Shown: one piece after another, positions 8,137 through 17,433 of the stretch
Layout: every line of letters begins with the position of its first letter
Numbering within the stretch: position 1 is the stretch's first letter
DNA from: Gemmatimonadales bacterium
GTDB taxonomy: Bacteria > Gemmatimonadota > Gemmatimonadetes > Gemmatimonadales > GWC2-71-9
DNA: 64,000 nt
Direction: 5' to 3'
Assembly: GCA_044221045.1 (NCBI GenBank)
Contig: JBGAPX010000004.1
Span: 6,733-70,732 of the forward strand
The notes under the pieces: model-generated
Databases searched by the model: none
What the model was told of the DNA's origin: nothing
The model's input: the letters and a program-made list of their open reading frames with translations, nothing else
Made by a program: the position numbers and the translations under genes

Positions 8137-9015
8137 CTAGCGGCCCTGGATGGTGGCCAGGACGGTCTGGAGGTTGAGGGTCCGGGACTGCTCCTGGATC
8201 TGCTCCTGCACCCTGGGGAAGAGGTTGCGGGCCTCCTCCTGGAAGCGGGCGAAGAGCGCCCGGAGGTCGGCGGCGCTCAGGGACCGGCCCTGGGCGTAGT
8301 ACTGGCTGGCCACGTGGCCCAGCGCGTAGGTCGAGCCGAACGTCACGGCGGCGCCGGCGGCGACGCCGGCCGCCCCGCCGATCATGCTGCCGAAGAGGCC
8401 CTTGGTGAGCCCGCCCAGGACCCCGCGGACCACCCCTTCCATTACCTGGGCCGCCGCCCCGATGCCGAGGGTGCCGGCCAGGTCCTTGATCTGGTTGGCG
8501 TCGAGCTGCTGGCCATGCCGCTGGCCGATCTGGTACACCAGACGGAGCTGGAGCGGAATGATCGCCATGGTGGCGAGGCGCTCGGGCAGCAGCTCGAGGG
8601 CGCCGGTGAGCATCGCCTGGCGCATGATGAGGTCATTGAGGTCGGGACTCGGGGGCGCGCCGGTGCCCACCTCGAGCGGCGCGGTCGGGCCGGCGTTGCC
8701 CTCGAGCCCGAGCGCGCTCCGCAGGTCGTCGAGGAAGCGCTGCTCGGCCTCGGACGCGGGGCCGTCGGCGTGGCAGGCGACCAGGGCCGTCTGGTAGGCC
8801 AGGCGGCGGGCCGGCTCGTCGGAGAGCTGGCGTGCCAGTTCGGCCGGGCGCACGGTGCCTTCGGCAATCTGGCGGGCGAGGGCATCGAGGTCGGTGACGC
8901 CTGCAGCGTCGGCGACGGCGCGGAGCGCAGAGGTCTCGCGCGGGTCCTGACGGCCATCCGCGAGCGCGGCGGCGAGCGCGATGGTGACGATGAGCTGCTG
9001 GTCGGTGGCATTCAT
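8137..9015 (-). CDS. TerB-like/DUF533 domain protein with DUF697-like C-terminus
   Basis: AAALADG..E and VACHADG..AEQRFL TerB-like motifs; IIPLQLRLVYQIG and TFGSTYALG. Confidence 0.7.
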   Translation of the reverse strand: MNATDQQLIVTIALAAALADGRQDPRETSALRAVADAAGVTDLDALARQIAEGTVRPAELARQLSDEPARRLAYQTALVACHADGPASEAEQRFLDDLRSALGLEGNAGPTAPLEVGTGAPPSPDLNDLIMRQAMLTGALELLPERLATMAIIPLQLRLVYQIGQRHGQQLDANQIKDLAGTLGIGAAAQVMEGVVRGVLGGLTKGLFGSMIGGAAGVAAGAAVTFGSTYALGHVASQYYAQGRSLSAADLRALFARFQEEARNLFPRVQEQIQEQSRTLNLQTVLATIQGR

Positions 9016-9327
9016 GGGGCCCCCCGGTGTGTACAGACAGCAGGACGTGGCTGGCGTAAACAATAACGGCCCGCCGGCCGGCGGTCATGGCGGCCGGGGC
9101 TCGGATGCCGGGTGGTCGGTCGGGGGGATGGGTCGGCGCCGCAGGTGCGGCGGGCGCGCCGCAGTCCCTCCAATACTCTGGACAAAACTGGTGGATCCGC
9201 GCCCTCCCAGGGTGGTCCCCGGGTGCGGGTTGTAACGGCCTGCCGGCGGCGCGGATGGCCTTGAGGTGCATAAAGATACCTTCACCTGCACCTCACCCGA
9301 ACCGTTGCGGTTGCCCGGGAATGCCTC

Positions 9328-9356
9328 TTGACGCTCCGGGAATCGGCCGGAATATT
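9328..9356 (+). promoter_or_regulatory. Candidate sigma70 promoter for the susCD locus
   Basis: TTGACG - 17 nt - AATATT. Confidence 0.5.
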
Positions 9357-9613
9357 GGCTGCCGCGCGGGCACGGTCTTGGAGCGTCCCTCCAATTTTGC
9401 CCCCCCGCTTTCCGCGCTTCCAAGCGTGATACTGCATCGCCCGCCCCGTGGGTGGCCGCCCCCGGGCCGCATCGACGCAGCCGTCCGACTGCCTCAGATC
9501 GCGTGGTCGCCATGCGGGCACTCCCGCCCCGCCAGAGTCCCAGGATTCCCGCCCGCCAGCACCGCACCGGTGCTGGACGGGCCGCCGCCTTTGCACGCGT
9601 TGGTGGTCCCCAT

Positions 9614-9641
9614 GCTCCGGCCCCTGTGGCCGGGGCTTTTT
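9614..9641 (+). terminator. Intrinsic terminator in the susC 5' leader
   Basis: GCTCCGGCC-CCTGT-GGCCGGGGC then TTTTT, 33 nt before the susC ATG. Confidence 0.65.
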
Positions 9642-9674
9642 GCTGGTGAACGTTCCTGAAAGGAAGCACGCTCT

Positions 9675-12650
9675 ATGAATCGGCCAAGGCACTTGTTTGG
9701 CGTGCTCATGGCGGCACTCTGGCTCAGCCCGCTCGCGGCGCAGCAGACGACGGGGGGGCTGCGCGGGCACATCACCGACGAGGCGTCGCAGCGCCCGATC
9801 GCGGGCGCGACGGTCTCCATGGGCTCCCGCACCACGGTGTCCCGTGAGGACGGGACCTACCAGCTGACAGGCGTGGCGGCCGGGGAAGACTCGGTGCGGG
9901 TGCGCATGATCGGGTACGTCCCGGTGGCGCGGGCGGTGCGGGTGGCGGCGGGCGAGATCGTGGGCCTGGACATCTCCCTGACGGCGCAGGCGGTGGACCT
10001 CTCCGAGATGGTGGTGATCGGCTACGGCGAGCAGCAGGCGGGCAACATCATCGGCGCCGTCACCAGCGTCACGGCGGACAACTTCAACACCGGCCGCATC
10101 ATCACCCCGACCGAGCTGATCCAGAGCAAGGCGGCGGGTGTGCAGGTGGTGGAGAACAACGAGCCGGGCGGCGGGACGACCATCCGCATCCGCGGCGCGA
10201 CCTCCATCAACGCCAGCAGCGACCCGCTGATCGTGGTCGACGGCATGCCGCTCGGCACCGGCTCGGGGAGCGGCGTCAGCGTGGGCCGCGATGCGCTCAA
10301 CTTCCTGAACACCCAGGACATCGAGAGCATCACGGTGCTGCGCGACGCCTCGGCCGCGGCGATCTATGGCGCCAACGCCGCCAACGGCGTGGTGATCATC
10401 ACCACCAAGACGGGCAAGGGCCGCACCTCGCCGCGGTTCGAATACAGCGGCAGCGTCTCGGCGTCGAGCATCACCAAGACGCCCTCGATGCTCAACGCGG
10501 CGCAGTTCCGCGCGGCGGTGACGCAGTACGCCCCCGGCAACGTGGCGCAGCTGCAGAACGCCAACACCGACTGGTTCGACCTGGTGAGCCGCACCGGCTA
10601 CGGCCAGGAGCAGAACTTTGCCCTGAGCGGTGCGGGGACCAGCTCCAACTACCGGCTCTCGTTCAACTACCTGGACCAGGACGGCATCATCCAGGGGACG
10701 ACCGCCAAGCGGATCGGTCTCGGCATCAACTACAACCAGCTGCTGCTGAACGACCGGCTGAGCCTCAAGACGAACATCCGCGGCAGCCGGCAGGAGGACA
10801 AGTTCACGCCGGGTGGCGTGGTGTCGAACGCGGCGCAGTTCGGCCCGACCCAGCCGGTCAAGGACAGTCTGTCGACCACCGGCTTCTTCGAGTGGACCGG
10901 CGGCATCCAGTCGGCCGACAACCCGGTGGCGATCCTGAGCCTGGCCCGGGACAAGGCCACGACCTACCGCGGCATCGGCAACGTGCAGGGCGGCTACCGG
11001 CTGCCCTGGATCGAGGGCCTCGAGGCCAACGTCAACGTGGGCTTTGACGTGACCAAGGCCGACCGGGTGTCGTTCAATCCGAGCGTGATGCACAGCGAGA
11101 CCAAGAACTCGCACTTCGGCAACTACTTCCGGCAGAACCCGACGCAGCAGAACGCGCTGGCCGAGGCGTACCTCAACTACGCCCTGCCGCGGCAGGTGGG
11201 GCCGGGCTCGCTGGACCTGACCGGCGGCTACTCGTTCGCCAAGTCGCATGCCGAGTTCCCGACGGTGCAGGCGGAGAGCCTGAGCACCGACCTGCTGGGC
11301 ACCAACGGCGTGCCGTCGGCCAAGACCACCACGGCCCGGCTGTTCGTGACCGACGCGCGGCTGATCTCGCTGTTCGGGCGGGCCAACTACAACGTCAACG
11401 ACCGCTACCTGGCGGCCTTCACGCTGCGGCGGGACGGCTCGTCGCGGTTCGGGCCCGGCAACCAGTGGGGCACGTTCCCGTCGGTGGCGCTGGCGTGGCG
11501 CCTGTCGGAGGAGTCGTTCCTCAAGGGGCGGTACAGCCTGTCGGACCTCAAGCTGCGGGGCTCGTGGGCGCGGACCGGCAACCAGTCGTTCGGCGACTAC
11601 CTGTTCCAGTCGACCTACACGGTGGGTGACGCGCAGGCGCAGTACTGGATGGGGAACGGCTTCGTGACCACCATCCGGCCGAGCGCGGTGGACCCGAACA
11701 TCAAGTGGGAGGCCACCCGGTCGTTCAACCTGGGCCTCGACTTCGGGTTCAGCAACCAGCGCTTCACCGGCACGGTGGACTGGTACGACAAGAAGACCAC
11801 CGACCTGATCTTCTCGGTCCCGGCGGCGGCCGGCACGGTGCCGGGCGACTTCGTGACCACCAACATCGGCAGCATGCGGAACCGCGGCCTCGAGTTCACC
11901 CTGAGCGCCAAGGTGCTGCAGGGGAGCGCCGAGAACCGCAACAGCCTGCGCTGGACCGCGGACGTGACCGCGGCGCACAACAGCAACGAGCTGCTCACCA
12001 TCACTCCGTTCGGCGGCGCCGCGCAGCAGATTCTCACCGGCGGCATCGCGGGCGGCGTGGGCCAGACCATCCAGGTGCTGCGGCCGGGCGAGCCGATCAA
12101 CTCGTTCTACGTGTACAAGCAGCTGTACCAGAACGGCAAGCCGGTGGAAGGGTCGTACAAGGACATCAACAACGACGGCGTGGTGAACCAGAACGACCGC
12201 CGGCCGTTCCACGACCCGGCGCCGAAGTGGATCCTGGGGCACTCGTCGTACCTGACCTACGGCAAGTTCGACGCGAGCTTCACCCTGCGGGCCTACCTGG
12301 GCAACTACGTGTACAACAACGTGGCCTCGAACCTCGGCACCTACTCCGAGGTGACCCGCGGCTCGCCGTACAACCTGCACTCGTCCGTGCTGGAGACCGA
12401 TTTCACGACACAGCAGCTCTTCTCGGATTACTATATTGAGAAGGCGTCGTTCCTCCGGATGGACAACATCACGGTAGGGTACAGCTTCGACCTCCGCGGC
12501 CAGTCGGCGCGGGTGTACGGCACGCTGCAGAACGCCTTCACCATCACCGGCTACAGCGGGGTGGACCCGACGGCGGGCCTCAATGGCATCGACAACAATC
12601 TCTATCCGCGCTCGCGCACCTTCAGTGGTGGCCTGAGCCTCCGCTTCTAG
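9675..12650 (+). CDS. susC: SusC/RagA family TonB-dependent transporter
   Basis: VVIGYG, IRIRGATS, PLIVVDG, DIESITVLRDASAAAIYG..AANGVVIITTK, DGSSRFG, IKWEAT, C-terminal F; AGGAAG SD. Confidence 0.97.
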   Translation: MNRPRHLFGVLMAALWLSPLAAQQTTGGLRGHITDEASQRPIAGATVSMGSRTTVSREDGTYQLTGVAAGEDSVRVRMIGYVPVARAVRVAAGEIVGLDISLTAQAVDLSEMVVIGYGEQQAGNIIGAVTSVTADNFNTGRIITPTELIQSKAAGVQVVENNEPGGGTTIRIRGATSINASSDPLIVVDGMPLGTGSGSGVSVGRDALNFLNTQDIESITVLRDASAAAIYGANAANGVVIITTKTGKGRTSPRFEYSGSVSASSITKTPSMLNAAQFRAAVTQYAPGNVAQLQNANTDWFDLVSRTGYGQEQNFALSGAGTSSNYRLSFNYLDQDGIIQGTTAKRIGLGINYNQLLLNDRLSLKTNIRGSRQEDKFTPGGVVSNAAQFGPTQPVKDSLSTTGFFEWTGGIQSADNPVAILSLARDKATTYRGIGNVQGGYRLPWIEGLEANVNVGFDVTKADRVSFNPSVMHSETKNSHFGNYFRQNPTQQNALAEAYLNYALPRQVGPGSLDLTGGYSFAKSHAEFPTVQAESLSTDLLGTNGVPSAKTTTARLFVTDARLISLFGRANYNVNDRYLAAFTLRRDGSSRFGPGNQWGTFPSVALAWRLSEESFLKGRYSLSDLKLRGSWARTGNQSFGDYLFQSTYTVGDAQAQYWMGNGFVTTIRPSAVDPNIKWEATRSFNLGLDFGFSNQRFTGTVDWYDKKTTDLIFSVPAAAGTVPGDFVTTNIGSMRNRGLEFTLSAKVLQGSAENRNSLRWTADVTAAHNSNELLTITPFGGAAQQILTGGIAGGVGQTIQVLRPGEPINSFYVYKQLYQNGKPVEGSYKDINNDGVVNQNDRRPFHDPAPKWILGHSSYLTYGKFDASFTLRAYLGNYVYNNVASNLGTYSEVTRGSPYNLHSSVLETDFTTQQLFSDYYIEKASFLRMDNITVGYSFDLRGQSARVYGTLQNAFTITGYSGVDPTAGLNGIDNNLYPRSRTFSGGLSLRF

Positions 12651-12692
12651 GCACCCGACCGGAACCCTGAACACTCACCAAGGGATTGAGAC

Positions 12693-14261
12693 ATGAATCG
12701 CAACTATCGCTCGATGCTGGCCGGGGCCGCGCTCATCTGCGCGGGACTCAGCGGCTGCACCGATCCGACGGTCTCCCCGTCGAGTACCGTGTCGGAGGAC
12801 CAGATCTTCAAGGATCCGGGCTCCTATCAGGCCTTCCTGGCCAAGATCTACGCCGGGTTCTCGACCACCGGCCAGCAGGGGCCGGCCGGCAACAAGGACA
12901 TCCAGACGATCAGCGACGAGGGCTTCTCCCAGTACATGCGGCTCTACTGGCAGCACCAGGAGCTCTCGAGCGACGAGGCGGTGCTGGCCTGGGGTGACGG
13001 GGCCGTGCAGGAGTTCAACGGCCAGGTCTGGGGCTCCAGCAACGACTTCCTCGGCGCCATGTTCGCCCGGATCTACATGGAGGTGGGGTGGGCCAACGAG
13101 TTCCTGCGGCAGACCACCGATGGGGTCCTGTCGGAGCGCGGGGTGAGCCCCGGCCTCAAGGCGCAGATCCAGCAGTTCCGGGCCGAGGCGCGCTTCCTCC
13201 GGGCGCTGGCGTACTGGCACGGGGTGGACCTGTTCGGGCCGATCCCGGTGGTGACGGTGAACAACCCGACGCCGCCGAAGCAGAACACCCGGACCGAGGT
13301 GTATGACTTCATCGTGAGCGAGCTCACCGCGATCCAGCCGGACCTGCCGTCGGCGGGCGCGGGGACCTACGGGCGCGCCACGAAGGAAGCGGCCTCGATG
13401 CTCCTGGCCAAGGTCTACATGAACGCCGAGGTCTACACCGGGACGCCGCACTACGACCTGGCCATCAACGAACTCAACAACGTGATTGCGGGGCCGTTCT
13501 CGCTCGACCCGAGCTACGAGCACCTGTTCCAGGCGGACAACCACACGTCGCCGGAGATGATCTTCCCGATCGTCCAGGACGGCATCCATACCAAGAGCTA
13601 CGGGGGCACCACGTTCCTGATCCACGCCTCCTGTGGCAACGCGATGGACCCGGCCGACTACGGCGTGGACGGCTGCTGGTGGGGGCTGCGGCTCAAGCCC
13701 GAGGCGTACAACCGTTCGGTGAACGATCCGCGCGGCGCGTTCATCTACAACGACACCACGACCCAGTCGATCGCCATCGCGAACCTCACGAACTTCGCCA
13801 ATGGCATCCCGGCGCCCAAGTTCACGAACATCAAGTCGACCGGCGGCCAGGGCTCGGACGCGGCCTTCCCGGACACCGACTTCCCGATGTTCCGCCTGGG
13901 TGATGCCTACCTGATGTACGCCGAGGCGGTGCTGCGCGGCGGCGGCGGCAACACCGGGACGGCGCTGGGCTACGTCAACGCCCTGCGGCAGCGCGCGTAC
14001 GGCGACAACAGCGGCGACATCACCCTCGGCCAGATGGACCTCCAGTTCATCCTGGATGAGCGGGGCCGGGAGCTGCTGTGGGAAGGCCACCGCCGCACCG
14101 ACCTCGTCCGCTACGGCCTGTTCACCGGCAACGGCTATGTCTGGTCGTGGAAGGGCAACGTCCAGGCCGGCGCCGCCACGCCGGACTACCTGAACCTGTA
14201 CCCGATCCCGGCCTCCCAGCTGTCGGCCAACCCGAACCTGACGCAGAACCCGGGCTACTAG
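12693..14261 (+). CDS. susD: SusD/RagB family glycan-binding lipoprotein (starch SusD-like)
   Basis: Lipobox LSGC; EARFLRALAYW, FRLGDAYLMYAEA, ILDERGRELLWEGHRRTDLVRYG, QNPGY. Confidence 0.97.
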   Translation: MNRNYRSMLAGAALICAGLSGCTDPTVSPSSTVSEDQIFKDPGSYQAFLAKIYAGFSTTGQQGPAGNKDIQTISDEGFSQYMRLYWQHQELSSDEAVLAWGDGAVQEFNGQVWGSSNDFLGAMFARIYMEVGWANEFLRQTTDGVLSERGVSPGLKAQIQQFRAEARFLRALAYWHGVDLFGPIPVVTVNNPTPPKQNTRTEVYDFIVSELTAIQPDLPSAGAGTYGRATKEAASMLLAKVYMNAEVYTGTPHYDLAINELNNVIAGPFSLDPSYEHLFQADNHTSPEMIFPIVQDGIHTKSYGGTTFLIHASCGNAMDPADYGVDGCWWGLRLKPEAYNRSVNDPRGAFIYNDTTTQSIAIANLTNFANGIPAPKFTNIKSTGGQGSDAAFPDTDFPMFRLGDAYLMYAEAVLRGGGGNTGTALGYVNALRQRAYGDNSGDITLGQMDLQFILDERGRELLWEGHRRTDLVRYGLFTGNGYVWSWKGNVQAGAATPDYLNLYPIPASQLSANPNLTQNPGY

Positions 14262-14288
14262 GCCCGAACCGCAACGCAGTGGAACCAA

Positions 14289-14324
14289 CCCGCGGCTTCG
14301 CCGTTTCGGCGGTGAAGCCGCGGG
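14289..14324 (+). terminator. Strong hairpin after susD (terminator or mRNA stabiliser)
   Basis: 16-bp stem CCCGCGGCTTCGCCGT / GCGGTGAAGCCGCGGG with a TTCG loop and a short T tract. Confidence 0.7.
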
Positions 14325-14349
14325 GCTTTCCCCCTCCCCGGCTCGCACC

Positions 14350-15933
14350 ATGACCCCTGCTACACGATTCGTCCGTTCCGGAGTGCTGGCCCTGGCGCTC
14401 CTGGCCTGTGGGGATGGGCCGACCGACGCCCACGGCAATCCCAACCCGCCGCCCCCCCGCCCCACCGTGCCGGCCACCTGGCGCGCCAGCGGTCACATGG
14501 CCACCGGCGACGTGATGGTGCACCTCTTCGACTGGCGCTGGGCCGACATCGCCACCGAGTGCGAGAACGTGCTCGGCCCGGCGGGGTTCCGGGCGGTCCA
14601 GGTCTCGCCCCCCCAGGAACACAGCATCGTGCCCAGCCATGACTGGAGCGAGCGCTACCAGCCGGTGAGCTACAGCCTGGGGCGGAGCCGCTCCGGCACC
14701 GAGGCCGAGTTCACCGACATGGTGACCCGCTGCCACACCGTGGGGGTGGACATCATCGTGGACGCGGTCATCAACCACATGACCAACTTCCCGAGCCCCG
14801 GCACGGGGAGCAACGGCACCGCCTACACCAAGTACGACTACCCCGGCCTCTACACCTCGGCCGATTTCCACCCGCCCTGCACGGTGAACAACTACCAGAG
14901 CGCGGCCAACGTGCAGGACTGCGAGCTGTTCTCGCTGCCGGACCTGGCCACCGAGCGGCCGGGGGTGCGGCGGACCATCGCCGACTACCTGCTGGCCCTG
15001 GCCCGCCTGGGCGTCGCCGGCTACCGGATCGATGCCGCCAAGCACATCCAGCAAGCCGACCTCGATGCCATCCTCGACACCGTCAACGTGACCCTGCAGG
15101 GCGAGGGCCGGCCGCTGCCCTACGTGTACCTCGAGGTGAGCGGCGCCTCGGGCGAGGCGATCGGCGAGGGGGACTACTTCGGCATCGGCTATTCCTCGGG
15201 CGGGGCCGCCGACATCACCGAGTTCACCTTCACCGGGACGGGGAACAAGTTCCTGGGCACGAACGGCGAGCATGTCTCCCAACTCAACCCGGCCGGGCCG
15301 GCGGGCTCCCAGTTCTCCGAGCTGGCCTGGGGCATCATGCCGAGCGCCAAGGCGCTGGTGTTCCTGCAGAACCACGACACCCAGCACAACTGCGGGCTCG
15401 ACTACCGCGACGGCGACGTCTTCCGGCTGGCGAACGTCTGGATGCTGGCCGAGCCGTACGGCTACCCGCTGGTGCTCTCGAGCTTCGCCTTCAGCTGTCC
15501 CGGCGGGAACAGCATGGGACCGCCCTCGGACGCGAACGGCTGGACGCTGCCGGTGACCTGCGCGAGCAGCCTGGAGACCGCGGCGATCGGCAAGTGGGTG
15601 TGCGAGCACCGCGACCCCGCCATCCGTACCATGGTGGCGTTCCGACGGGCCGTGGCCGGCACCCCCGTGACCCACTGGTGGGACAACGGCGCCAACGCGA
15701 TTGCCTTTGCGCGGGGGACGCTGGGCTTCGTGGCCATCAACCGCGAGGCCGACAGCCTGCAGGTAACGATTCCCACCGGCCTGGCGCCGGGAACGTACTG
15801 CGATCGCCTGACCGGCGGGCGGAACGGTGCCGCCTGCGTCGGTGGTTCGCTGCAGGTGGATTCCACCGGCGCAACCCCGGTGCTGCTGGCCCCGATGCGG
15901 GCGGTGGCGGTGGATACGGGGACGAAGCTCTGA
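14350..15933 (+). CDS. GH13 alpha-amylase, lipoprotein (actinobacterial/animal-like type)
   Basis: Lipobox LLAC; VHLFDWRW, RYQPVSY, DAVINH, GYRIDAAKH, LEV, FLQNHD. Confidence 0.93.
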   Translation: MTPATRFVRSGVLALALLACGDGPTDAHGNPNPPPPRPTVPATWRASGHMATGDVMVHLFDWRWADIATECENVLGPAGFRAVQVSPPQEHSIVPSHDWSERYQPVSYSLGRSRSGTEAEFTDMVTRCHTVGVDIIVDAVINHMTNFPSPGTGSNGTAYTKYDYPGLYTSADFHPPCTVNNYQSAANVQDCELFSLPDLATERPGVRRTIADYLLALARLGVAGYRIDAAKHIQQADLDAILDTVNVTLQGEGRPLPYVYLEVSGASGEAIGEGDYFGIGYSSGGAADITEFTFTGTGNKFLGTNGEHVSQLNPAGPAGSQFSELAWGIMPSAKALVFLQNHDTQHNCGLDYRDGDVFRLANVWMLAEPYGYPLVLSSFAFSCPGGNSMGPPSDANGWTLPVTCASSLETAAIGKWVCEHRDPAIRTMVAFRRAVAGTPVTHWWDNGANAIAFARGTLGFVAINREADSLQVTIPTGLAPGTYCDRLTGGRNGAACVGGSLQVDSTGATPVLLAPMRAVAVDTGTKL

Positions 15934-15945
15934 GGCTTCACAGCG

Positions 15946-16022
15946 GGGAAGAGGGAAGAGGGAAGAGGGAAGACGGAAGAGGGAAGAGGGACGAGGGCAG
16001 CGGGACGAGGGAAGAGGGAAGC
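15946..16022 (+). repeat. 11 tandem copies of heptamer GGGAAGA (some degenerate)
   Basis: Counted directly; fills most of the gap between two GH13 genes. Confidence 0.9.
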
Positions 16023-16057
16023 GGACACGCAAACGACCGGCTCAGGAGATGGCAAGG

Positions 16058-17398
16058 ATGCGCACGCACGATTCTCTCGTGGCGGGGGTGGTGGCCCTCG
16101 CGACGATGGCGGGGCCCCTCGGGGCCCAGGCGCTGGCCCCCGACACGTCGTGGGTGCGTCGGAGTGCCCTCTACGAGGTCTTCGTCCAGGACTTCTCGCC
16201 CTCGGGGGACTTTCGCGGCGTGATCGCGGGCCTCGACCGGATCCAGTCGGCGGGCGCCGACGTGGTGTGGCTGATGCCCATCCATCCCATCGGCGAAAAG
16301 AACCGCAAGGGCACGCTCGGCTCCCCCTACGCGCCGCGCGACTACCGCGCCATCAACCCCGCCTACGGCACCGCGGACGACTTCCGCGCGCTGGTTGCGG
16401 CGGTGCACGCCCGGGGGATGAAGCTGATCCTCGACTGGGTGCCGGATCACACCTCGCCAGACCATGCCTGGGTGACGGACCACCCCGACTACTACTTCCG
16501 TGACGCGCAGGGGGTGCCGATGGTGCCCCGCGACGCCGACGGCAAGCTGACCGACTGGACCGACGTGGCGCAGCTCGACTTCGGCAACCCGGCGCTGCGC
16601 CGCGAGATGACCACCGCGATGCAGTGGTGGCTCACCGAGTTCGGGATCGACGGATTCCGGGTGGATGTCGCCGGGTTCGTCCCCATCGGCTACTGGCGCG
16701 AGGCGCTGCCCGCGCTGCGCGCCGCGGTGCCCCGCCCCATCCTGCTCCTGGCCGAATGGGGAGACCTGGCGCTGCACGGCGCCGGCTTTGACCTCACCTA
16801 CGGCTGGGACGCGTACAAGCGGCTCAAGAAGGTCTGGGGCGGCGGTTCGGCCTCGGACTTCATCCGTGACGAGGTCGCCGACCTGCGCCAGATGCCGCCC
16901 GGCGGGATGCGGCTGCGCTTCACCACGAACCACGACGAGACCGCGTGGGACAAGCCGCCGGTGGCGATCTTCGGCGCGGGGGCCGGCGCCCGTGCGGCCT
17001 TTGCCGCGATCACGCTGCTGCCGGGCCGGCCGCTCCTCTACAACGGGCAGGAAGTCGAGAGCCCCCAGGCGCTGCCGCTGTTCGAGCGGGAGCTGGTGCA
17101 GTGGGACCAGCCGCAGGCCGACAGCGCGGGGGCCTTCTACCGCCGAATCCTGGAGCTGACCCGCACCCAGCCCGCGCTCATCCGCGGCGATTTCGTCCCG
17201 ATCAGCACCGACTCGCCGCACGACGTCATGGCCTACCGGCGGGGCGGGATCGTGGTGCTGGTAAACCCGCGGCCCAGGGCGGTGCGGGTGCACGTGACCG
17301 GGATCGAGCTCGGAGGGCGGAAGGACCTGCTCACCGGCCGTACCCAACGCGGCGACCGCCTGACGCTGCCCGCGCACGGCGTGCTGCTGCTGCAGTGA
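16058..17398 (+). CDS. Secreted GH13 alpha-amylase family glycosyl hydrolase
   Basis: AGGAG SD; WLMPIHPIG, GSPYA, DWVPDHT, GFRVDVAG, LAEW, TNHDE. Confidence 0.92.
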   Translation: MRTHDSLVAGVVALATMAGPLGAQALAPDTSWVRRSALYEVFVQDFSPSGDFRGVIAGLDRIQSAGADVVWLMPIHPIGEKNRKGTLGSPYAPRDYRAINPAYGTADDFRALVAAVHARGMKLILDWVPDHTSPDHAWVTDHPDYYFRDAQGVPMVPRDADGKLTDWTDVAQLDFGNPALRREMTTAMQWWLTEFGIDGFRVDVAGFVPIGYWREALPALRAAVPRPILLLAEWGDLALHGAGFDLTYGWDAYKRLKKVWGGGSASDFIRDEVADLRQMPPGGMRLRFTTNHDETAWDKPPVAIFGAGAGARAAFAAITLLPGRPLLYNGQEVESPQALPLFERELVQWDQPQADSAGAFYRRILELTRTQPALIRGDFVPISTDSPHDVMAYRRGGIVVLVNPRPRAVRVHVTGIELGGRKDLLTGRTQRGDRLTLPAHGVLLLQ

Positions 17399-17433
17399 TC
17401 GCTGTTCCCCGCCGCCCGCGCACGGTGACCCCG

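Noticed and set aside
9282-12674. Long antisense or alternate-frame ORFs (e.g. 9282..12674 -, 43982..48970 +, 49288..52689 -, 5469..7736 +)
   Set aside because: Shadow ORFs of real genes in a high-GC genome; Arg/Gly/Pro-rich with no motifs.
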